Source: Pseudomonas phage vB_PaePAO1-KEN19. From it: a stretch of 64,000 nucleotides of DNA. Shown piece by piece: positions 1 to 16,819 of this stretch (the first letter of the stretch is position 1; every line of letters starts with the position of its first letter). The DNA is taken from the sequence record PP456878.1; one strand, 5' to 3'. Made by a program: the position numbers and the translations under genes. The notes beneath the pieces were generated by a model. It saw only the letters and a program-made list of their open reading frames with translations, did no database searches and had not been told where the DNA came from.

Positions 1-156
1 TGCAGGTAATACCCATTTCCAATATAGTGAACCTAGTTCAGTAGTATGATTTTTAGCCTTTGCAATGAAATCATTTTGCAATGAAAAATCAAAGATGAAG
101 TGCGCTACAATTAAACCAAAGAATAATGCCATTGAGTTGACACTGATTAATTCCAT
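1..156 (-). CDS. partial CDS (first 52 codons; continues past window start): predicted membrane protein
   Basis: Minus-strand ATG at 156 preceded by AGGCGGAAA (SD-like); frame open to nt 1; translation MELISVNSMALFFGLIVAHFIFDFSLQNDF... forms one hydrophobic helix. Confidence 0.4.
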   Translation of the reverse strand, partial: MELISVNSMALFFGLIVAHFIFDFSLQNDFIAKAKNHTTELGSLYWKWVLPA

Positions 157-167
157 TTTATTTCCGC

Positions 168-569
168 CTAGAAAGGTATTTCATCTTCAACAATGTGTGA
201 ATAGTCGATATTATGTTTTTCACATAATTCTTTAAATTTATCTATTTTGGTCATAGCCTCTAATAAATCATTATGTAATTTATTTTTATAATTCTTACCA
301 AAATCAGCAGGGTCAAATACAGATTTATAATAGACATATATTTCAGAATATTCTTTCTTTAAAATATCAATAACTACTGGATCATTACCATCACCAAGAT
401 AACTAATCAGATGACATAAATCATAGTTTTGACGACGAGCTGCTTTTAAGATAAGTTCATTAATTTCAATTAATTCAGACTTATTACATCGCCTTCTTTT
501 TATATATCGAATGATTTTATTAAATATCATATTAAGTGATTCCCAACCATTGTAGATAACCACTATCAC
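168..569 (-). CDS. hypothetical protein (133 aa)
   Basis: ORF track; member of a same-strand gene array; no recognisable motif. Confidence 0.5.
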   Translation of the reverse strand: MIVVIYNGWESLNMIFNKIIRYIKRRRCNKSELIEINELILKAARRQNYDLCHLISYLGDGNDPVVIDILKKEYSEIYVYYKSVFDPADFGKNYKNKLHNDLLEAMTKIDKFKELCEKHNIDYSHIVEDEIPF

Positions 570-906
570 TTAATCCACGATAATAATCATCTTTATTTTT
601 ACGTAAATAACAATAAACTATTTTACCCATTAATTGATAGTTAGCTTCATTATCAAAGGTAAATTCTTTTTCTAATCTATTATTACTATCCACTAATGAG
701 ATTACTACATTACCGTAACGTACTGTTAATTTAACTGTACGAGTAGAGTCGGTATCATGAAAGATATAAGTCAACCCATAATTCAACTCATTATTTAATA
801 CTTGAATACTAGTAGATCTATCAGATTTAATCTGAAGTGGATGCTCGACAATCGCCTTGAATGCTTTATTGCATAAGAGAATATTTTGTATTTTTAATGA
901 ATCCAT
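532..906 (-). CDS. hypothetical protein (124 aa)
   Basis: ORF track; overlaps the downstream ORF by 38 nt (a later start is possible). Confidence 0.45.
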   Translation of the reverse strand: MDSLKIQNILLCNKAFKAIVEHPLQIKSDRSTSIQVLNNELNYGLTYIFHDTDSTRTVKLTVRYGNVVISLVDSNNRLEKEFTFDNEANYQLMGKIVYCYLRKNKDDYYRGLSDSGYLQWLGIT

Positions 907-982
907 GACATTACCTGACTTTGTATTTATAATTTACCTATATCAAATTAGAAGTAGGCAATAATGAGCTGACCCAGTAGTC

Positions 983-1026
983 TTCAATCTCAGCCTAATT
1001 GGATCAGTGTTTAGACTGAGATTGAA
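983..1026. promoter_or_regulatory. perfect 11-bp inverted repeat (TTCAATCTCAG / CTGAGATTGAA) with a 22-nt loop, in the intergenic gap between two minus-strand genes
   Basis: Read directly; no U-tract on either strand, so not a typical intrinsic terminator. Confidence 0.3.
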
Positions 1027-1061
1027 TATTAAACTGTAGTGGTACTTTAATCAATGATGTA

Positions 1062-1418
1062 TTATGGATTTCCGGCAAGCCAGCTTACTGCACATATTGC
1101 TGCCTCATCAAATTGATTCAATGAGAATTTGGTTATCCGAACAGCCTGTGCCATATTAAGAACTTTAAATTCACTATCACCAGACTCAATATGAGATATC
1201 ATGCCAAGATGATCATTGCTGGTATCATAAACTGCAATGCGGATATCCTTGCCTCTCTCAACCACATATGCAATAGATCGTTTTGTTACAGGGTTATCGA
1301 TGACATTAACTGTTTCACGCAATGTAGCGTCAATCCGGGATGCATTAATATGAATGCTAATTGCATTCAGCAAATGATGCTCAATCTGTCGCCCTGTTTC
1401 AAGAGTTAGAGAACCCAT
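1062..1418 (-). CDS. hypothetical protein (118 aa)
   Basis: ORF track; same-strand array. Confidence 0.5.
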   Translation of the reverse strand: MGSLTLETGRQIEHHLLNAISIHINASRIDATLRETVNVIDNPVTKRSIAYVVERGKDIRIAVYDTSNDHLGMISHIESGDSEFKVLNMAQAVRITKFSLNQFDEAAICAVSWLAGNP

Positions 1419-1430
1419 TATAATCTCCTT

Positions 1431-1793
1431 TTAGAATCCAAGATAATCAAAGAATCCATGGTAATCGAATGTGCGTGTTGGGATACTTGTATCCGAAAAG
1501 AACGTATTTATTTGTTTGGCTAATTCAGTGTAGTAATGTGAATTATATTTGTTGATCTTAGTAACCATCTTCTCATCAAAGAGATAGGTTACACGCATAT
1601 TCAGTGGTTTAACTACATTGATCTCAATAACTACCTTACGAACCATATCCTCAGATAAGAGTATACACTTAGCGTCACATGGTGAAACCTCTATTTTAAT
1701 ACCTACACAAGGCTTGAGGTTATCGTGATATTTCGTGAGTTCCTCTAATACAGCATCCATAGTTTGGATGAGCTTTATATTGGTAATGTTCAT
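1431..1793 (-). CDS. hypothetical protein (120 aa)
   Basis: ORF track; ATGA start/stop overlap with the upstream gene at 1793. Confidence 0.5.
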   Translation of the reverse strand: MNITNIKLIQTMDAVLEELTKYHDNLKPCVGIKIEVSPCDAKCILLSEDMVRKVVIEINVVKPLNMRVTYLFDEKMVTKINKYNSHYYTELAKQINTFFSDTSIPTRTFDYHGFFDYLGF

Positions 1794-2530
1794 TACAGCC
1801 CCTCGTAAATATCCTTTCGTTTTGGATTGATGCCTGCAACCTTACCTTTATCATTATTGATGTAACAAAGGAATTCATCGCAAGTGGTGGTCTTTACAAA
1901 TGGGATAATTTGAATGAGTTCTAGTAAAGTATATTCTTTACCAAAGTATTTACACATTTGTGTAAGTTGACTACACACCACATTATAAAAGCCCCTAGTA
2001 TTTTGTAGTGTAAGATACTCACCATCAATCACTCTATCATTATTTACCATGTATACATCACGAATAGGATAAGTGTCTTTTAAGGGACCATTGCCAAATT
2101 TGACACCATGTACCCCATTAGGTCCATTTAGTAAATAGTATCCAGTTGGTACTGACCAATAAGTAGTTCCTTTAAATCCCAATAGATGTCCATATGGTTC
2201 ATGATAATCGGATGTATAGCACTGATCATCCTCACAGATAACCTCCTGGTACATCGAGTATTCAACAGGTAGTTGTTTAGTTGGATCACTAGGGTGAACC
2301 ACCAATATTATTGAATTTTCTGGATAACTGGTCCAACCGCAACTACCCAGTTTGGATTGCTTATTGAAATTACATGGAGCAATTCGCGGAGTATGATTAG
2401 AGTAGAATAATGGTACTCCATAAAAAGCAAGTGGTTCGTAATTAACACTAGCTTTAGTATACATGCCAATACTAATCAGAAATACTGCACAGAATATACG
2501 CATCGATAATTTAAACATCAGTGCATCCAC
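1793..2530 (-). CDS. predicted secreted or membrane-anchored Cys-rich protein (245 aa)
   Basis: N-terminal hydrophobic signal-like segment MRIFCAVFLISIGMYTKASV; about 10 Cys residues. Confidence 0.5.
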   Translation of the reverse strand: MDALMFKLSMRIFCAVFLISIGMYTKASVNYEPLAFYGVPLFYSNHTPRIAPCNFNKQSKLGSCGWTSYPENSIILVVHPSDPTKQLPVEYSMYQEVICEDDQCYTSDYHEPYGHLLGFKGTTYWSVPTGYYLLNGPNGVHGVKFGNGPLKDTYPIRDVYMVNNDRVIDGEYLTLQNTRGFYNVVCSQLTQMCKYFGKEYTLLELIQIIPFVKTTTCDEFLCYINNDKGKVAGINPKRKDIYEGL

Positions 2531-3302
2531 CCTCGGTTTCCTTAATTGCTAATTTTACTAATACACTTACCCATGCGCCTTCATCGAGTAGCCAACCAGC
2601 TGCACCCGTGCCATGCTCGGCAAATCCAAGACTATCTAAATAATGTAGCATGAATGTAGTCGGACCAAATCCATATTTCTTATCACATTCATTACGTTTA
2701 GAAATATTCCACCCTTGGCGATATATATCCAATACATCATCAATATACTGCAATTCTGCTTCTGGATGGCCACAACCACACAGGTTTAATAATTTGCGTG
2801 TAATGGTATTGCATGTATCACTATATTCTTTTTCATTATAATCAATGAAAGTGCCTTCCCGTTTGAATAGTTGCTTATCAGATGTTAAATCATTAAAATG
2901 ACCAGGATAATCTTGAGATGGAAGTGCACCTAGTGCCATTAGTATAATAACACGCGGATCTTTACGCTCAACTGATTCAATGAGTACTTTAAAGTTGAGT
3001 TCTCGTTGTACCACATTGTTATCAATGTTGATATTATTCAGAAGAATGTCCATAGCTTCTTGACCATGCCAACTACGGAGGTTAGGTTGATTATTAGTAT
3101 AACCAGTGATGGTCAATTGGTTAGCTGTGTTTGATTTACCAACAGTAACATGTAAGTAATAAGGGCATTGTTCTAATTTATCAGCAATACCAGTTGAAGA
3201 TTTGTTACCCTCAAGTAATCCAACATCGCCATGACCGATATACAAACAGATACCTTCTGTAGAAGGTTGAGTAGTATAGTTAAAGTTCAAGGATTTAAAC
3301 AT
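2511..3302 (-). CDS. hypothetical protein (263 aa)
   Basis: ORF track; contains IGHGDVG and CGCGHPE motifs of unclear meaning. Confidence 0.5.
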   Translation of the reverse strand: MFKSLNFNYTTQPSTEGICLYIGHGDVGLLEGNKSSTGIADKLEQCPYYLHVTVGKSNTANQLTITGYTNNQPNLRSWHGQEAMDILLNNINIDNNVVQRELNFKVLIESVERKDPRVIILMALGALPSQDYPGHFNDLTSDKQLFKREGTFIDYNEKEYSDTCNTITRKLLNLCGCGHPEAELQYIDDVLDIYRQGWNISKRNECDKKYGFGPTTFMLHYLDSLGFAEHGTGAAGWLLDEGAWVSVLVKLAIKETEGGCTDV

Positions 3303-3329
3303 ACTCTTTCCTCTATTATAAATGATTAG

Positions 3330-3770
3330 TTATTTACCGTTTATATAAAGATTAAATGGACATTGACACATGAATTCCGCATTTAGAATACTTTCAATAT
3401 TGTAACTAATTGATTTATCAGTGATGATGTTGATATCTAAATACCACGTTTTAGTATTTTGAGTAACTAGTCTGTATTCAATGTCAATACTAAAGCCAGG
3501 TGCATCGACTGGGTCATTATCACCTTCATGCTGATAAATAAAGTGTGAAGATAATGTATATCTGGCTTTAATATATTCATCTGGTTTTATAACTTTTAAA
3601 GGGGCACTAATATGTGAAATAAAACCATGATAATTAAATTCTTTATCCCTAATGTCGATAACTTTAGGAGTAACCGATATATAGGCTGGCCATTGTGGTA
3701 AATCTAGTTCACCATGTTTAGATTGGTCTTTATCAACAATATGGAAAGCTCTAACAATCCTATTAAACAT
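3330..3770 (-). CDS. hypothetical protein (146 aa)
   Basis: ORF track. Confidence 0.5.
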   Translation of the reverse strand: MFNRIVRAFHIVDKDQSKHGELDLPQWPAYISVTPKVIDIRDKEFNYHGFISHISAPLKVIKPDEYIKARYTLSSHFIYQHEGDNDPVDAPGFSIDIEYRLVTQNTKTWYLDINIITDKSISYNIESILNAEFMCQCPFNLYINGK

Positions 3771-3804
3771 TTGATATACCTTTTAACAAAAAAATTATAA
3801 AGAA

Positions 3805-3825
3805 GAGTCCCCATAATGGGGACTC
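3805..3825 (-). terminator. intrinsic terminator hairpin GAGTCCCCAT-AA-TGGGGACTC followed by a U-tract on the minus strand
   Basis: On the minus strand the stem is followed by TTCTTTATAATTTTTTTG, immediately 3' of gene 3840-4091. Confidence 0.6.
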
Positions 3826-3839
3826 TATTATATCGTGCT

Positions 3840-4091
3840 TTATTTTTTATCGCGACTAGATGGAGCTAGCTTATAGAACTTCCGGAACTTATTAATAGAC
3901 AATGTAAATGAATCTTCCCTACCATCTGGATAACCGAGATAAACATCACGTCGAGATAGTTTAATTAGCTTATGTGCAGTTGATACACCATTGCGCTCAA
4001 CTAGAAAAGTTCGACCAATATAAGCTTCTAGATTATCAAGCTCAGTTGCAGGAATATATTTAGATTCTTTCAGAGTCAGGGTAGTGCTCAT
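3840..4091 (-). CDS. hypothetical protein (83 aa)
   Basis: ORF track; followed by a terminator. Confidence 0.45.
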   Translation of the reverse strand: MSTTLTLKESKYIPATELDNLEAYIGRTFLVERNGVSTAHKLIKLSRRDVYLGYPDGREDSFTLSINKFRKFYKLAPSSRDKK

Positions 4092-4127
4092 TTAATTTCG
4101 TCACCAGTTACGAAGTAATAAATTGAT

Positions 4128-5189
4128 TTATTTCCAGAGTGTTTTACCAATTAGATCATTTTCTGTGATGAAACTATCTAATTGATGTCCATAGTAAAGT
4201 AGACTATGAATTTGTTGATTTAGACGTTCTTTATTTGACCCTAGGAACATCTTATGCTTTTCTTCATCCGGTAATTTATCATAGACAAGTTGGCAATACT
4301 TTTTAGCTACTACCTTACCTGATGCAAGAAAACGTTCATCCCCTGTAAATAGTTGAGGAACGATATTTTCATCTAGATATTTATTAATCTCAGCATCCAG
4401 ATCAAAATGTAAATCGCTGTCAGATACTTCTACAGGATTTTCCTGCTGCGTATCATTCCATGGAATGTCCGAACTTTCACTTTCACTATCAAATTCGCTA
4501 TTACTTGAGGATGTGTTAGATAGCTGCTCATCAAAAGATGACTGTTTATTCTTTTGTTTTTCACGCAAGAAGATAATCGATTCAACAATTTCATTAACAA
4601 TGACATCTAGACCACGATTAGCATCGACCGTAATAGAACTAGGTTGATTGATAAGTCGTTCAAAACCTTTATCAACCTTATCGAAGTAATCGGATCCTTT
4701 AGATTCATAATAATCAAGGCGCCTATTACTTTTCTTAATTCGTTCTTCACGTACTTCTTTAGGTGCAGTCAGGAAGAAGGTAGCTGGCTCTGGGATAGAG
4801 TGTAAGGTTCCTTGAAGGATATCCATAAACAATTTTGATAGATATGGATTAGTTTCTTCGAAAGGATACACATTTAGAGCATATGTCGATGCAATGAATC
4901 GCTCGGTAATAACAATCTTATCTTCTTTAAGAGCAGGTAAGATGATATTCTCTACATTCATCACTCTATATGCACTATGCATCAGTACATCAAATTCCGG
5001 TGGTCGAACATCATTGTGTTTAGGCCAAATCAGCATTTGTCGGATTTCTTCTGATGTATTTGTACCGCCAGGTTCACGTAGTGTTACGACATCATATCCA
5101 CGTTTAAGAAGCTCCGCAACAACCATTTTTGTAACGGTCGTTTTACCGACACCTTCATTCCCTTCAATACTTACAAATAAACCATTCAT
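4128..5189 (-). CDS. tmk: thymidylate (dTMP) kinase with about 150-aa acidic/Ser-rich C-terminal extension
   Basis: N-terminus MNGLFVSIEGNEGVGKTT is the classic Tmk P-loop (known family); LID-like basic region around ERIKKSNRRLD; C-terminal SSSNSEFDSESESSD... is low complexity. Confidence 0.75.
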   Translation of the reverse strand: MNGLFVSIEGNEGVGKTTVTKMVVAELLKRGYDVVTLREPGGTNTSEEIRQMLIWPKHNDVRPPEFDVLMHSAYRVMNVENIILPALKEDKIVITERFIASTYALNVYPFEETNPYLSKLFMDILQGTLHSIPEPATFFLTAPKEVREERIKKSNRRLDYYESKGSDYFDKVDKGFERLINQPSSITVDANRGLDVIVNEIVESIIFLREKQKNKQSSFDEQLSNTSSSNSEFDSESESSDIPWNDTQQENPVEVSDSDLHFDLDAEINKYLDENIVPQLFTGDERFLASGKVVAKKYCQLVYDKLPDEEKHKMFLGSNKERLNQQIHSLLYYGHQLDSFITENDLIGKTLWK

Positions 5190-5521
5190 TACTGATCCTT
5201 CATCTTAAATTCAATTACTGCTTCAACGTTATCTTTTAAATCTTGTTGCGATAATTTTAATGAAGCCCTATAACCTAAGCTATATAGAACGTCAACTAAT
5301 GCATCAATGCTTAGAGCTGGTAAATTACACATTTTAATATTTTCACTAAGTTCATCAGAGATACCTAGTTTAGTGAAAACATCGTCAATCAATACTTTTT
5401 GAGAAATGGCTTTTTGTCGAACAGTTTGTACAATTACAATAACTAGATTAGATTTGATATCGTTAGAATGTGATTTTTTATTATCACCATAAACTTCTTT
5501 AAATAAATTCTGATCCGCCAT
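5189..5521 (-). CDS. hypothetical protein (110 aa)
   Basis: ORF track; 1-nt ATGA-type overlap with tmk. Confidence 0.5.
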   Translation of the reverse strand: MADQNLFKEVYGDNKKSHSNDIKSNLVIVIVQTVRQKAISQKVLIDDVFTKLGISDELSENIKMCNLPALSIDALVDVLYSLGYRASLKLSQQDLKDNVEAVIEFKMKDQ

Positions 5522-5587
5522 GATACCTAATTCCTTAAATTATTAAAATGTATTATTTAACCATTAAACTTTTTAATATAAAATGAC

Positions 5588-5608
5588 CAGTGGGTACATT
5601 ACCCACTG
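5588..5608 (-). terminator. intrinsic terminator CAGTGGGTA-CAT-TACCCACTG
   Basis: Minus strand: stem followed by GTCATTTTATATTAAAAAGTTT; 3' of gene 5639-6043. Confidence 0.55.
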
Positions 5609-5638
5609 ATCTTATTATATTGACATAGCTAGTATATA

Positions 5639-6043
5639 TTAGCTATTGACATCTTCAAAGAAGCTGGCTACACTTTCAACAACATCATTCATAGCGCTGC
5701 TCTTATATTTGGTATCTACCACCGTAACAAGCTCGCCTTTACGATCGATAATACCAGAAACAGTTGCACCACCTGCATTATAGGAATAACCCAGTTCAGC
5801 AATGTTTTCATTTTCTTTCATGTACGGTGCAGCTTTTTCAGCAAATACATAACTTACAGCTGCTGCCAGTTGCCCTGCACCTTCATGTACCTGAGCATAC
5901 TGCTCGGCGGTCACGCCTGCCGGTTGTAGAACAACTTCTTCAAATAGACCATCCGGGATTTCGAATACCCCGGCATCGGACATGCTTACTTTTTCATTTA
6001 GGTTGTGAGTTTCGATAAACTTCTTGGTGGTTTCGATGGACAT
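5639..6043 (-). CDS. hypothetical protein (134 aa)
   Basis: ORF track. Confidence 0.5.
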   Translation of the reverse strand: MSIETTKKFIETHNLNEKVSMSDAGVFEIPDGLFEEVVLQPAGVTAEQYAQVHEGAGQLAAAVSYVFAEKAAPYMKENENIAELGYSYNAGGATVSGIIDRKGELVTVVDTKYKSSAMNDVVESVASFFEDVNS

Positions 6044-6073
6044 TTTAGTACTCTCTCTATTTAGGGTGGTGGT

Positions 6074-6370
6074 TTAATTTACATCTTTCATTACAAAGCA
6101 ACTACCATCATTAAAGACAATCTTAATTAGATTGTCAGTTAATGGTCGTTTATATACAACACATTTTACATCGGGGAGTTTAACTACTTCTTTTAAAGCA
6201 TCTGGCATACCAATTAGATTAATGGTAGCTGCTACTTTATTTAGTGTGTCAAGATGTGAAATCAGCTCATGTGCTGACTTAACCAAATCTATCATTGTTT
6301 TGTCTTTATCTACCATGCTAGTTACTCGATTTGATATATGAGGTACATACATCGCCAAAGTCTTCACCAC
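6074..6370 (-). CDS. hypothetical protein (98 aa)
   Basis: ORF track; overlaps the next ORF by about 50 nt. Confidence 0.4.
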   Translation of the reverse strand: MVKTLAMYVPHISNRVTSMVDKDKTMIDLVKSAHELISHLDTLNKVAATINLIGMPDALKEVVKLPDVKCVVYKRPLTDNLIKIVFNDGSCFVMKDVN

Positions 6371-6812
6371 TAGTATCAGCTACAATTGCAACTGGCGACC
6401 ATCGAGCGGCAACAGCCTCACATACACCGATCGAATTCACTCGACGAATCGCATGAGCACCAGTATCAATTACACTGAAACTGAGTTCACTAATGATTTC
6501 CACTCCTTTTAGTTCAGCGCTACTATCAATAACCTGGGTACTAATTAGATAGTTAGCTGTATCATTATTATACGCAAGTACTAGTCTAAAAACCATGAGG
6601 GAGTTATCATTATCGGTGATGCCAGCGACTAGCTCATGATTCGAAGTGAGTGTATAGATACAACTACTTTCTTGAGTGGTAATTGGTAATCCTGGTGAAG
6701 AACTATATACACTAGGTGCATTAGCTGTATGTAGTTCAAACTTATTTACAGCGGAGTTAGGACCAGGAACTTTATAACCAATAGGTCGGGCAGTGAAGAT
6801 TACAACGTTCAT
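6318..6812 (-). CDS. hypothetical protein (164 aa)
   Basis: ORF track. Confidence 0.5.
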   Translation of the reverse strand: MNVVIFTARPIGYKVPGPNSAVNKFELHTANAPSVYSSSPGLPITTQESSCIYTLTSNHELVAGITDNDNSLMVFRLVLAYNNDTANYLISTQVIDSSAELKGVEIISELSFSVIDTGAHAIRRVNSIGVCEAVAARWSPVAIVADTSGEDFGDVCTSYIKSSN

Positions 6813-6895
6813 TATGATTCCTCTTTACTAGATAGTTATTTTCCTAATTACACATTAGTAATATAAATCTCAAATTTTTTTTAATACGATATAAA

Positions 6896-6913
6896 GCCTC
6901 CCCGAAGGGAGGC
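6896..6913 (-). terminator. intrinsic terminator GCCTCCC-CGAA-GGGAGGC (UUCG loop on the minus strand) followed by CUUUAUAUCGUAUUAAAAAAAA
   Basis: Read directly; 3' of gene 6920-7639. Confidence 0.65.
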
Positions 6914-6919
6914 AATATG

Positions 6920-7639
6920 TTAATTACCACTATAGGTACCTTCAGTACCTTGTTCTTTACGCCGTACTAAGCGTTGATGAATTGCACTAAGAGCACGGTC
7001 CATTGAATTAATCACTACCTGATTCTCTTCACATGCAAATGGGCCTGTTTGGTAACCTTCAAATAAATCTTTAACGATTTTAATTAGACAGTCAGCAGTT
7101 AGGCCATTTACACCAACTTCTGGAACAAGTCCATTCTGCATTAGGATAACACATTCAGTCAGGTTATCACCAGGCATAGCAGCTGGGTTAGTCTGAGCAT
7201 TATAACCAGTTACCACATAACGTTTAGTTGCACCTGATTTCTGGTCAATGCCACTTGCTTCAATATTTAGACCATTTTCATCAAAATGTTCATGGCCATA
7301 AATACCTTGCATAGTTACCCATCCACCATCTTCTTGATAAATCCAATCTACCCCATTTACATGATAAGTATCGCCTGGTTCAGGGTCAGCTGGAAGATCT
7401 TTAGTAGTGGTTAATGCACGGATACGCGCATATTCTTCAATTGCAATTTGTATATCAGTTGCAGTTATATTCTTCTCAGTTTCAGAAGCTTCGTCATGTT
7501 GTGATTTATCACTACCTTCCTTTTGGTCATTATCCATATCAGAAGCATCTACTGTACTTTTAGCTTCTTTACTTTCTAAGGAAGCTAACCACTCAAGATT
7601 AGGTTTAGACATACTTACCTCAATAAATGAAACCACCAA
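6920..7639 (-). CDS. hypothetical protein (239 aa)
   Basis: ORF track. Confidence 0.5.
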   Translation of the reverse strand: MVVSFIEVSMSKPNLEWLASLESKEAKSTVDASDMDNDQKEGSDKSQHDEASETEKNITATDIQIAIEEYARIRALTTTKDLPADPEPGDTYHVNGVDWIYQEDGGWVTMQGIYGHEHFDENGLNIEASGIDQKSGATKRYVVTGYNAQTNPAAMPGDNLTECVILMQNGLVPEVGVNGLTADCLIKIVKDLFEGYQTGPFACEENQVVINSMDRALSAIHQRLVRRKEQGTEGTYSGN

Positions 7640-7925
7640 TGTAAAGTGACACTACAACATCGGCAACCCGAGGGTCTTGTGAATATTTAGATTTGACTAG
7701 TTTAATAAGTTCGGCTCGATTTTTAATGAAGCCTAGTTTCTTATTATCAATTTCTTCAGCTTCAATTAGGAAGTCATTTAACTTCTTCTTACTACCCAGT
7801 ACATTAATCACCATTTGATCAATAACTGCATTAGTATTTGATAGTTTAGTTAACTCTTGTTCAAAAACTTCCTTACGTCCTTCTGATCCAATTAGAGCTA
7901 GACCGATCTTTTTAAGTAGAGACAT
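7620..7925 (-). CDS. hypothetical protein (101 aa)
   Basis: ORF track. Confidence 0.45.
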   Translation of the reverse strand: MSLLKKIGLALIGSEGRKEVFEQELTKLSNTNAVIDQMVINVLGSKKKLNDFLIEAEEIDNKKLGFIKNRAELIKLVKSKYSQDPRVADVVVSLYIGGFIY

Positions 7926-7983
7926 GTTAATTACCTATTACATTGGTTTAAGAATGGTTACAATAAATAACTATTCCAAGTAT

Positions 7984-16756
<8,773 letters not shown>

Positions 16757-16819
16757 TGACGATTAGTAAAGTATCATATCGTTGTTTAACTTAGTATTAC
16801 CAAAATAGGAAAATAGAAA
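16757..16819. promoter_or_regulatory. divergent intergenic region between the giant gene (-) and the RNAP gene (+); contains TTGACG...TATCAT and a TAGTATTACC motif
   Basis: Read directly; promoter identity is inferred only. Confidence 0.3.

Noticed and set aside
906-1062. Searched intergenic gaps of 150 nt or more (906-1062, 24583-24729, 43551-43728, 57349-57553, 61616-61710) for tRNA cloverleafs
   Set aside because: I found no acceptor-stem/T-arm (GTTC-like) arrangement by eye. Without tRNAscan I cannot exclude a tRNA, but none is supported.
1191-1409. Short antisense ORFs embedded in longer genes. The same applies to 2650-2841, 4465-4647, 4894-5208, 5764-6018, 6132-6341, 7407-7649, 10836-11018, 11325-12608, 14892-15338, 16452-16715, 17656-17862, 18237-18431, 19497-19757, 21596-21906, 22575-22841, 23001-23306, 28954-29205, 31197-31415, 37506-37895, 39333-39943, 41864-42058, 44676-45681, 47039-47239, 47858-48391, 50767-50949, 51328-51552, 51714-54495, 56233-56906, 58549-58992, 59454-59919, 60547-60729 and 60954-61522
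   Set aside because: All lie entirely inside, or antisense to, longer ORFs that have recognisable protein families or fit the same-strand gene arrays. They have no SD or terminators and carry low-complexity translations. Several inside the collagen-like gene are translations of the opposite strand of the GGN repeats.
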